DNA of 64,000 bases from positions 32,001-96,000 of IMG/VR virus record IMGVR_UViG_3300033070_001371; one strand, written 5' to 3'. The position numbers were made by a program, and so were the translations under genes. Shown in pieces: positions 19,004 to 27,357 of the stretch. The notes beneath the pieces are model-generated. The model was not told the origin of the DNA. It worked only from the letters and a program-made list of their open reading frames with translations, and ran no database searches. Positions within the stretch are counted from its first letter, which is position 1; every line of letters starts with the position of its first letter. Origin of the DNA: a virus. Lineage: Duplodnaviria; Caudoviricetes.

Positions 19004-20731
19004 ATGACCATCGACGGCGGAATCGGAATGGGCTTCGACGACACGCTGCTGGGCTTCGGCGGACGGCACGCGGCGTCGCATCCGAACCCGATGTTTGACT
19101 ACCTGACCGGGTTTGTGCCCCGAAAGCTGAAGGACCTGTTCAAGTGGGCAGAGTACCTCGGGTTCCACTCAGCGCACGTCTACGGCGTCGTTCGCAAATT
19201 CGGCGAGTACCCGATCACGCGCTTCATCTACGAGTCGAACTCGGAAGAGGAAAAGTCGCGCCACAAGAAGCTCTTCGAGGAAGACCTTCGGCTGAAGGGC
19301 TTCCTGACGCTGGTGAGCTACGACGTGTGGCTCTATGGCAACGCGTTCGTCTCGGTCTACGAGCCGATCAAGCGCGAATTGGTATGCCCGCACTGCGGAA
19401 CGAAGGAAGACGTCGCGGCTGCGACGTACAAGTTCAACCTCTCGAAACTCCAGTTCACGCACGACTGCAAGCAGTGCAAGCGCAAGGCAGTGGAATCGGC
19501 AGTCGAAGACTACAAGTTGAAGGATTCGACGAAGATCACGCTGATTCGGTGGGACCCGAAACTGATCGACATCGAGCACAATCGCGTCACGGGTGAAAGC
19601 GTCTACTACTACCAGATCCCGCGCGATGACGTGTCGAAGGTGCGGGCGGGCAACAAGACGTTCATCAACCACATGCCGATGGAGATCCTGCGCGCGATGC
19701 AGGAGCGCAAGACGTTCCGCTTCGGCGATGGGTCACTCTACCACCTCAAGATGCCTGGGCCAGCCGGGGTGCAGGCACAATGGGGCTTTCCGCCGATCAC
19801 GAGCGCGATCAAGAACTTCCTCTTCACCGCGGTGCTTCGTCGCGCAAACGAAGCCATCGCGTTGGAACACATTACGCCGTTCAGGATCATCCACCCGCTC
19901 GCGGCGAGCGGTCAGGGAGACCCGATCACGACCATCCCGCTCGATCGTTGGAAGACGGAGATGGAGCGAAACTGGCGGCTCTTCCGACGGGACCCGCTGC
20001 GCATCCAGTTCTCGCCGGTTCCTGTCGGTGTACAGAACGTCGGAGGCGAAGGTCGCGCGCTTCTCACGCTCGGCGAGCTTCAAGAAGCCGAGAAGTCAAT
20101 CGTGCTTTCGCTTGGCGTGCCGATGGAGTTCCTTGCGGGCGGCCTCGGACAGACGCGCGGCGAGATCACGCTCCGCATGATCGAGAACCAGCTCCAAACG
20201 CACATCGAGAACTTGAACTCACTCGTGCAGTGGGTCGAGCGCAAGGTCGCGCTGTTCATGGGGTGGCAGTCGATCAAGATGCGACTCGCGGACTTCAAGA
20301 TGATCGACGACGTCGAGAACAAACAGCTCAAGATTCAGCTGTGGCAGAGCCAACTGCTCTCGAACACGACGATGGCCGAGATGCTCGACATCGACCTCGA
20401 CCACGAGCGTAAGCAACGACGCGAGGACGCGCTCGCCGACGCGCGCGCCGAGCAGGAAACGCAGGTCGCACTCAAGAAGCTCCAGCAGTCGCTGTCAACG
20501 CAGGCGCAGAATCAGGCACTCCAGTCCCAGGGGGGCCTCGCGTACGACCAACAAGCAATCATCGCCAAGGCGCAGCCGATCGCCGAGGAGATGGCGCAGT
20601 ACGACGCAGGCACCAAGCGCTCGCGGCTTGACTCACTCAAGGGTGAAGACTTCATTATGTACTGCGTTACCAAGGAGCTGCTGGAGCAGATGCAGCAAGA
20701 CCAGATGGCATCAATGAAGGCGCAGGGCTGA
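19004..20731 (+). CDS. Probable portal protein with a zinc-ribbon insertion
   Basis: About 575 aa; YGNAFVS, YHLK..WGFPPI, SLGVPMEF pattern typical of portals; helical C-terminus; CPHC/CKQC insert. Start at 19004 or 19028. Confidence 0.7.
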   Translation: MTIDGGIGMGFDDTLLGFGGRHAASHPNPMFDYLTGFVPRKLKDLFKWAEYLGFHSAHVYGVVRKFGEYPITRFIYESNSEEEKSRHKKLFEEDLRLKGFLTLVSYDVWLYGNAFVSVYEPIKRELVCPHCGTKEDVAAATYKFNLSKLQFTHDCKQCKRKAVESAVEDYKLKDSTKITLIRWDPKLIDIEHNRVTGESVYYYQIPRDDVSKVRAGNKTFINHMPMEILRAMQERKTFRFGDGSLYHLKMPGPAGVQAQWGFPPITSAIKNFLFTAVLRRANEAIALEHITPFRIIHPLAASGQGDPITTIPLDRWKTEMERNWRLFRRDPLRIQFSPVPVGVQNVGGEGRALLTLGELQEAEKSIVLSLGVPMEFLAGGLGQTRGEITLRMIENQLQTHIENLNSLVQWVERKVALFMGWQSIKMRLADFKMIDDVENKQLKIQLWQSQLLSNTTMAEMLDIDLDHERKQRREDALADARAEQETQVALKKLQQSLSTQAQNQALQSQGGLAYDQQAIIAKAQPIAEEMAQYDAGTKRSRLDSLKGEDFIMYCVTKELLEQMQQDQMASMKAQG

Positions 20732-20732
20732 G

Positions 20733-21143
20733 ATGGAAGATTGGATGGAACGACAACGGGCCGCCCGCGAAGAAGCGCAGCGCGGACCGCGCTCGGGCTT
20801 CGCAGAGCCCGCCGAGGAGCGTCCCCGCCGAATGAAGGTCTTCCATGAGACCTACTCAATCTTCCGCCCATGGCAGGGCTGCCAGCGTTGCAAAAAGGCG
20901 ATCGAAGAGAACGACACGCTAGTGCCCGAAGAGGGTGACTACGTCTGCCCTCACACCCGTCACGCCGAGTACATCACGCTGATGAACCGATTGCGCAACG
21001 CGGACAACGCTGGGCCGTGGAAGCTCCAAGCGCGCGAGTTCTCGAACGACCGAGGCGAGATCTTCGTTACGATCGCGTGGGAAGAACCCGAAGAAGCGCA
21101 AAACGAAGCGCGAGCGCGCCCCCGAGGCGTGCCGCGTCTGTAG
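20733..21143 (+). CDS. Hypothetical protein (CxxC/CPH)
   Basis: Starts 1 nt after the portal stop. Confidence 0.65.
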   Translation: MEDWMERQRAAREEAQRGPRSGFAEPAEERPRRMKVFHETYSIFRPWQGCQRCKKAIEENDTLVPEEGDYVCPHTRHAEYITLMNRLRNADNAGPWKLQAREFSNDRGEIFVTIAWEEPEEAQNEARARPRGVPRL

Positions 21144-21167
21144 CGCGGCACGCCCCGAGGCGAGCGG

Positions 21168-21473
21168 TCATCTCTCCGGGACGAGCGTCAGACCAAGGGC
21201 CTTGAGCGCGGGTTCCGCCTCGGCGGTGTAGAGCGCGTACTTACCGTCGTAGTTGTACACGAAAATGGCGCAGCCGTGCCGCACGTTCACAAGGGCGTAG
21301 CCTTTGTTGAGTAGCGTACCCTGCGAATGCTCGCCCGGCGGCTCGGGCGCGCGCTGCGCGTACGGCGAGTAGTCCAAGAGCTGGATCACATCTTCTTCGG
21401 CGATCGTACTGAGGTACTGGGCGGGTGGCTTGAGGTCGTTGATGTATGTGCCGTGGCACTTGAACGTGAACAT
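21168..21473 (-). CDS. Hypothetical protein
   Basis: MFTFKC.. about 101 aa; ATG overlaps the stop of a 17-codon upstream ORF. Confidence 0.55.
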   Translation of the reverse strand: MFTFKCHGTYINDLKPPAQYLSTIAEEDVIQLLDYSPYAQRAPEPPGEHSQGTLLNKGYALVNVRHGCAIFVYNYDGKYALYTAEAEPALKALGLTLVPER

Positions 21474-21584
21474 CAACGATGTCCTACAACGAAGATGACG
21501 AACCGGAAGACCGAACGGATCAACATGCAACTCTCCTTTGGCGAGCAGAAGGGCTCACCACGGGCTTTTACCGCGTACAGACGC

Positions 21585-21596
21585 TAGACTTCGCAT
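21585..21596 (+). promoter_or_regulatory. -10 box TAGACT, 6 nt before the RNAP GTG (leaderless)
   Basis: TAGACT tcgcat GTG; no RBS. Confidence 0.6.
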
Positions 21597-24500
21597 GTGA
21601 TGAACGAGCTCACGCCTGTGCTCACCAGCGCGACCACGCTGCGCGAGAAGCTGCACAACAAGACGACCCAGGCCCTGACGGCCGCGTTCCCGCTCGACCT
21701 GAAGGGACGAACATTGGAAGTCAAGGACGTGCGTGTGCACGGGCAAGACTACGGACCAGCTGAAGAGTACGCGGCGATCACCAAGGGCTCATCGCTGTAC
21801 GAGCCGGTCAAGGGTACGCTCATCCTCAAGGATGCGCACGGCAAAGTCGTCGATGAAGCAAAGAACTTCACCCTCGTGCATGTACCGTTTCTGACGGCAC
21901 GCCACACCATCATCGCCGACGGCAACGAATATCAAGTCGCCAACCAGCTGCGACGCAAGCCGGGTGTATACACACAGCGCGCGGACAACGGCGAACTGAA
22001 GACCGTGTTCAACCTCGGACGAGGCAAGAACTTCGATCTTGCCTTCAACCCGGACAAGGGCACGTTCCACCTCCAGTACGGCACATCAAATCTGCCCCTT
22101 TACGCCGTATTGCGCGGCCTCGGTGTCGAGCACAACCAGATCGCCAAACACCTCGGAGAGGGTGTCGCCAAGGCCAACGAAGAAGAGCACGGACATCAGG
22201 TCGCGACCACCATCAGCAAACTCTATGCGAAGCTGGAACACCCTGCCGTCATGGACGCCAACGCGCCGCACGAAGCAAAGATCGAAGCCGTGCGCAAGCG
22301 CTACGACCAATCGACGCTGGACCCCGAAGTCACAACCGTGACGCTCGGGGCCCCTCACGCCAAGGTCACGCCCGACGCGCTGCTCGTGGCCGCCAAGAAG
22401 ATGCTCGACGTGCACGCAGGCAGGACGCCAGTCGACGACACCGACTCGCTGAAGTTCAAGACGTTCCACGCGCTAGACGACTTCGTCGCGGAGCGCATCC
22501 GTCTAACGGCGCGCCAGTGGGCACCCAAGGCCAAGATGGCGCTGACGGGCAAGACTGTGATCCGCGACGCGCTCAAGCCGGCGCCGTTCTCGGACTCGAT
22601 CCGAAAGTTCCTGACAACGTCCTCGCTCTCCAGCGTGCCCACCGGCATCAACCCGATGGAGATCATCGACCACGCCGTGAAGGTGACGAGCCTCGGCGAG
22701 GGTGGCATCCCATCGGACCGCGCGATCCCGATGGACGCACGCATGATCCACAACACGCACTTCGGCGCGCTCGACCCCATCCGCACGCCGGAGTCGAATC
22801 ACTCCGGCGTCGACATCCGCGCAACGATCGCCGCGCACCGCGACGACAAGGGCAACCTGTACACCGTTTTGCGCAACGTAAAGACCGGCAAAGACGAGTT
22901 TGTGCGCGCGGGCGATCTACACAAGTACGTCGTCGCGTTCCCGCACCTGGAGCTGAAGGGCACGGTCGACGCGTTCGTCGACGGCCACCAGACGCGCGTA
23001 CCGGCGTCGCGCGTGACGCACCAGCTCGGGCACGTCAAGCACCTCTACTCCCCGGCGACGTCGCTGATCCCGATGATCCACTCGATCCAGGGCAACCGCG
23101 CCATCATGGGGTCGAAGATGGGTACGCAGGCTCTGCCGCTTGTCGAGCGCGAGGCTCCGCTCGTCCAAGTCATGTCGCACCACCCTGACGGCCACTCGTT
23201 CGAGGCGATCTACGGGCACATGATCGTGCCGACCGCGCCGGTCGCAGGCACGGTGGCGAAGGTCGACGACCAGTTTGTGTACATCAAGCCGCACGCCGAG
23301 AAGCGGAGCGCAGCGGGCGACGCAGCCCTGGTCAAAGTGCCCTACTACGAAAAGTTCCCGTTTCCGTCGAAAACGTTTCTTGATCACGCCGTTGACGTGA
23401 AGGTCGGCGACAAGGTCGAAGAGGGTCAGCGCCTCGCGGAATCGAACTACACGCGCGACGGCGTGCTCGCGCTCGGCAAGAACCTGCGCGTCGGCTACCT
23501 GCCGTACTACGGGTACAACTCCAACGACGCGGTCGTGATCTCCGACGCGGCGTCGAAGAAGCTGACCAGCGAACACATGTACCGCGAGGTCTTCCCGCTC
23601 GGCACGGGCATCGAGCTGAACCGCGCGAAGCACCATCTCTACTACGGCGCGAAGTACCCCGCGCAGATGTACAGCAAGCTCGACGAGGGGGGCGTCATCA
23701 AGAAGGGCGCGAAGGTCGACCCGAAGGACCTGCTTGTCGCGGGCCTGATGAAGCAGGCCGTGACCGGCACCGACGCGATGCTCGGACGCCTCGGCAAGTC
23801 ACTCGTCAAGCCGTTCAAGGACATCGCGCTCGTGTGGGACCACGGCGTGCCAGGCGAAGTCGTGGACGTGGTGCGCGCGAGCGGCCAGATCACGATCCTC
23901 GTGAAGACGCGCGAGGCCATGCAGGTCGGCGACAAGCTCGCGGGCCGCTACGGCAACAAGGGCGTCGTCGCAAAGATCGTCCCGGACCACGAGATGCTGC
24001 GCGACGAGCAGGGGCACCCGCTCGACCTGCTGCTCACCTCGGCCGGCGTCGTCTCACGCATCAACCCGGCGCAGGTCATCGAGACGGCCGTGGCGAAAGT
24101 CGCGGACAAGACCGGCAAGCCGATCGTTTACGACAACGCAGCGGGGCATAACGCCGTAAAGTGGGCGCGCAATCTGATGCGCGAGCACGGCGTCAAGGAC
24201 AAGGAGGAGCTCTACGACCCGGTGCTCCAGCGCAAGGTCGTGGGCGCGGACGGCAAGGGCGTGCTCGTCGGCAAGCAGTACATCTACAAGCTGTTCAAGA
24301 GCACCGACACCAACTTCGCCGGGCACGGCGTCGGGCCGTACGACCTCAACGAGCAGCCACTCAAGACCGGCGGCGACGAGAGCGCCAAGGGCCTCGGCAA
24401 AATGGAGTTCGACGCGCTGCTCGCGCACAACGCACGCAACTTCCTGCGCGAGGCCGCGACGGTGCGCGGCCAGAAGAACGACGAGTACTGGAAGGCCGTG

Positions 24501-26144
24501 CAGACGGGGCTACCGCTGCCGGCGCCAAAGCCGTCGTTCGCGTTCAACAAGTTCCTCGGGCTGCTCGAAGGCTCAGGCGTCAAGGTCGACAAGCGCGGCT
24601 CAAAGTTCGCGCTCCTGCCGATGACCGACAAGGACGTGCTCGCGCGCAGCGCGGGCGCGATCGAGCACGGCGCGACGGTGCGCGCGAAAGACCTCAAGCC
24701 CGAGACCGGCGGCCTGTTCGACCCGCGCAAGACCGGCGGCACGCAGGGCACACTCTTCGCGCACATCGACCTGCACGAGCCGGTGCCGAACCCAGTGTTC
24801 GAGGAGCCGGTGCGGCGCCTGCTCGGCATGACCGAGACGAAGTTCAAGGAAGCGCTCCGCGAGCACGGCGGCACTTGGTTTCGTTCGGAGCTCGCGAAGA
24901 TCGACGTGCCGCGAAAGCTGCGCGAGCTGCGCGAGCAGCTCAAGAACGCCAAGGGCCCCGCGCTCAACGACGTGGTCAAGCAGATCAAGTACCTCGAAGC
25001 GCTTCAGGCCCACAAGCTCGGACCCGCCGAGGCGTACGTGATCAGCAAAGTGCCGGTCATCCCTCCGGTGTTCCGTCCAATTCAGCCCGGTGTGCGCGAC
25101 CCTTCGCAGCTGATGGTCGCCGACGCGAACAAGCTCTACGGCCAATTGTTCGACTCGAACAAAACGCTGAAGACGACGGCCGTCGCATCCGACTTGGGCA
25201 AGCACCGCCAGGACCTCTACGAAAAGATGGAGGAGCTGTACGGCACGACGCTGCCGCACGATCCCAAACTCCAGCAACAGAAGGTCAAGGGGCTGCTTGC
25301 ATCGGTAGCCGGTGTTGGCTCGCCGAAGGGTGGCTTCTTTCAGCGCAAGCTGATGCGCCGCACGCAGGACGTCTCGGGACGTGGCACCGCTGTGCCTGAC
25401 TCAAACCTTGGGATGGACGAGGTCGGCATCCCCGAGCCGATGTTGTGGCAATCGCTCGACAAGTTGATCGTCGCGCGCCTGATCCGCACCGGTTACCCCG
25501 CGCTTCAAGCGCGCGAGATGGTGAACGCGAAGGCGCCAGCCGCGCGCGACGCAATGCTCGCCGAGGTGCGAGACCGCCCAGCGATCATCAACCGGGCGCC
25601 GACGCTGCATCGAGGCTCGATCGTCGCCGCGTACGCCAAGCCCGTACCCGGCAAGACGATCCGCGTCTCGTCGTTCACCGAGAAGGGCATGAACCTGGAC
25701 TACGACGGGGACACCTTGCAAGTGCACTTCCCGATCGGCGCTGAGGCTGTCGAGGACGCCAAGAAGATGACGCTGAGTAACATGTTGCTCAGCGACCAGC
25801 AGCGGGACAAGCTGATGGTGTTCCCGCAGCACGAGGCGATCATCGCGTTCACGCTGGCAGCGAAGCACACGACGCCGACGGGTCCTGTACGGAAGTTCAA
25901 GACCCGTGAAGACGCGCTCGCAGCGTATCGGCGCGGAGAACTGAAACTCTCCGACGCCATCGAGATCGAGAACGAAAAGCGCGCCGAAGCCGAAGCGCTT
26001 GCAGACGGCTTCGGAATGGGCGCGGAGCTCGATGTACCGTTCTATCCCGTCGAGCCCGACGAAGCGCTATCCTACTTCCCGCCAGAGCTGCTCACGGGCG
26101 AAGGCGACGAGGACGAGGACCCCGATGTTCGACTTCTTGAATGA
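21597..26144 (+). CDS. Phage multisubunit RNA polymerase: beta fused to the N-terminal half of beta'
   Basis: Beta motifs LGEGG, TPES, NRAIMGSKMGTQALP, GYNSNDAV, GDKLAGRYGNKGVV, GKQYIYKL, GKMEFDAL; beta' motifs GGLFDP, HIDL..P, PVIPPVFRP, KGGFFQRKL, SGR, NRAPTLH and catalytic NLDYDGD. Confidence 0.95.
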   Translation: MMNELTPVLTSATTLREKLHNKTTQALTAAFPLDLKGRTLEVKDVRVHGQDYGPAEEYAAITKGSSLYEPVKGTLILKDAHGKVVDEAKNFTLVHVPFLTARHTIIADGNEYQVANQLRRKPGVYTQRADNGELKTVFNLGRGKNFDLAFNPDKGTFHLQYGTSNLPLYAVLRGLGVEHNQIAKHLGEGVAKANEEEHGHQVATTISKLYAKLEHPAVMDANAPHEAKIEAVRKRYDQSTLDPEVTTVTLGAPHAKVTPDALLVAAKKMLDVHAGRTPVDDTDSLKFKTFHALDDFVAERIRLTARQWAPKAKMALTGKTVIRDALKPAPFSDSIRKFLTTSSLSSVPTGINPMEIIDHAVKVTSLGEGGIPSDRAIPMDARMIHNTHFGALDPIRTPESNHSGVDIRATIAAHRDDKGNLYTVLRNVKTGKDEFVRAGDLHKYVVAFPHLELKGTVDAFVDGHQTRVPASRVTHQLGHVKHLYSPATSLIPMIHSIQGNRAIMGSKMGTQALPLVEREAPLVQVMSHHPDGHSFEAIYGHMIVPTAPVAGTVAKVDDQFVYIKPHAEKRSAAGDAALVKVPYYEKFPFPSKTFLDHAVDVKVGDKVEEGQRLAESNYTRDGVLALGKNLRVGYLPYYGYNSNDAVVISDAASKKLTSEHMYREVFPLGTGIELNRAKHHLYYGAKYPAQMYSKLDEGGVIKKGAKVDPKDLLVAGLMKQAVTGTDAMLGRLGKSLVKPFKDIALVWDHGVPGEVVDVVRASGQITILVKTREAMQVGDKLAGRYGNKGVVAKIVPDHEMLRDEQGHPLDLLLTSAGVVSRINPAQVIETAVAKVADKTGKPIVYDNAAGHNAVKWARNLMREHGVKDKEELYDPVLQRKVVGADGKGVLVGKQYIYKLFKSTDTNFAGHGVGPYDLNEQPLKTGGDESAKGLGKMEFDALLAHNARNFLREAATVRGQKNDEYWKAVQTGLPLPAPKPSFAFNKFLGLLEGSGVKVDKRGSKFALLPMTDKDVLARSAGAIEHGATVRAKDLKPETGGLFDPRKTGGTQGTLFAHIDLHEPVPNPVFEEPVRRLLGMTETKFKEALREHGGTWFRSELAKIDVPRKLRELREQLKNAKGPALNDVVKQIKYLEALQAHKLGPAEAYVISKVPVIPPVFRPIQPGVRDPSQLMVADANKLYGQLFDSNKTLKTTAVASDLGKHRQDLYEKMEELYGTTLPHDPKLQQQKVKGLLASVAGVGSPKGGFFQRKLMRRTQDVSGRGTAVPDSNLGMDEVGIPEPMLWQSLDKLIVARLIRTGYPALQAREMVNAKAPAARDAMLAEVRDRPAIINRAPTLHRGSIVAAYAKPVPGKTIRVSSFTEKGMNLDYDGDTLQVHFPIGAEAVEDAKKMTLSNMLLSDQQRDKLMVFPQHEAIIAFTLAAKHTTPTGPVRKFKTREDALAAYRRGELKLSDAIEIENEKRAEAEALADGFGMGAELDVPFYPVEPDEALSYFPPELLTGEGDEDEDPDVRLLE

Positions 26145-26610
26145 GTTGTTGGGCGCGCACGCTTCTGGCGCGCCCCCGAAAAGTGCGCCGTCCGGCAGCG
26201 AGCACGTAGCGTGTCTCCAGGCGATCCTCGCTAAGAAGTACGCGCTGCTGCTCGCCTACGTTTCGTACGGCGATCAGCTCCGGTCGATCTGCCGGGACGG
26301 CGTGTTCGAGCACTTTCAAGAGCACATCAAGGAAGAACGCGACGCCATCTACCAACTCAACAAGAAGATCACGGCGCTCGGCGGTGATGCTGTCGTATCT
26401 CCAGGCCATGTGCCTTCCGTGCCGCTCGACCAACCTCGCGCCGTGTTCGAGGCAGTGCTGAACTTGGAGCAGGCCGTCGTCGCGCTGTGGTCCGATTTGT
26501 TCCACAAGACCCCCGACGACGTGCCGCTCAACGCGATGGCGCAAGATGGTGCCCTCGTCGACCAGCAACACGCCGACGACATGCGGCGCTACCTTCGGAG
26601 TGAGTGCTGA
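26125..26610 (+). CDS. Ferritin-like four-helix-bundle protein
   Basis: FQEHIKEERDA..KKITALGG, LEQA, QQHADD resemble bacterioferritin/Dps helices. Confidence 0.65.
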   Translation: MFDFLNELLGAHASGAPPKSAPSGSEHVACLQAILAKKYALLLAYVSYGDQLRSICRDGVFEHFQEHIKEERDAIYQLNKKITALGGDAVVSPGHVPSVPLDQPRAVFEAVLNLEQAVVALWSDLFHKTPDDVPLNAMAQDGALVDQQHADDMRRYLRSEC

Positions 26611-26987
26611 TGCCGGACCTCAAGGACATCGCGCGCGGCGTAACGACCCGCCTCAAGAAGCGTCAGCGAGGTTTTCACTTCGACAAGGAGCCGGGTTTTT
26701 ACGGCGTAACAAAGAGCTTCGGCGACGCCGCCAAGCAGAAACTCGCCAGCGAAGCGCGCGCTCGTGCGATCCGCAAGGTCGCGGCGAAGTACGCGCTGCT
26801 TGACGAGTCGGGCGAACCTGTGGAAGCGCTCGCGAAGCTCTTTGCACAGAGTAACTTCGGTTACGGCGACGCGCCCGTCGCCCCGAAGCGTACCGGCGAC
26901 CCCCTCTGGGGCGCGTCGATGGGTATGCCGGCGGAGCCCGGCGACCGCAATGGGCTGAGCCGCAATCTCACGTACGGAGGAGTTTGA
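26610..26987 (+). CDS. Small putative head-internal protein
   Basis: TGATG-coupled; AIRKVAAKYAL motif. Confidence 0.6.
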   Translation: MPDLKDIARGVTTRLKKRQRGFHFDKEPGFYGVTKSFGDAAKQKLASEARARAIRKVAAKYALLDESGEPVEALAKLFAQSNFGYGDAPVAPKRTGDPLWGASMGMPAEPGDRNGLSRNLTYGGV

Positions 26988-27325
26988 TGATCACGAAGGA
27001 AGCGCTCGACGCCGCGCGGTCGCGCGGTGCACAGAAGATCTTGGCTCGCTACGGCCTCGACAAGGTCAGCGGAATCATGTCGACCCTCGGCAGCGCGGCT
27101 ACGCGCGCGCTCGGCGCCGGGACCAAGGCGTACCAGCACGGCGGCGGCAGCATGATGCAGAACGTCGGCAAGGGCATCGCGGCCGGAGCCAAGGGCTTCC
27201 AGCGTGCGGGCGGCGTGCCGGCGGCGGGCAAGGCGCTCGGCGTGGCCGCAGCGGGAGGGGCGGCAGCGTACGGCGCGGGACGCGCGTTCGGCGCCGGGCA
27301 GGCCGCGTCGCAGCAGCAGCAGTGA
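26987..27325 (+). CDS. Gly/Ala-rich putative virion protein (glycine zipper)
   Basis: KILARYGLDKVS motif; hydrophobic ALGVAAAGGAAAYGAG segment. Confidence 0.65.
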   Translation: MITKEALDAARSRGAQKILARYGLDKVSGIMSTLGSAATRALGAGTKAYQHGGGSMMQNVGKGIAAGAKGFQRAGGVPAAGKALGVAAAGGAAAYGAGRAFGAGQAASQQQQ

Positions 27326-27345
27326 CACACGGGCGCGAGGCAGCG

Positions 27346-27357
27346 TAACCTTTCGCC
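27346..27357 (+). promoter_or_regulatory. -10 box TAACCT, 6 nt before the beta'-C ATG (leaderless)
   Basis: TAACCT ttcgcc ATG; no RBS. Confidence 0.6.

Noticed and set aside
26145-27357. Intron or intein splitting beta'
   Set aside because: The interval holds three translationally coupled ORFs and no homing endonuclease; beta'-C has its own promoter and start; no intein termini were seen.
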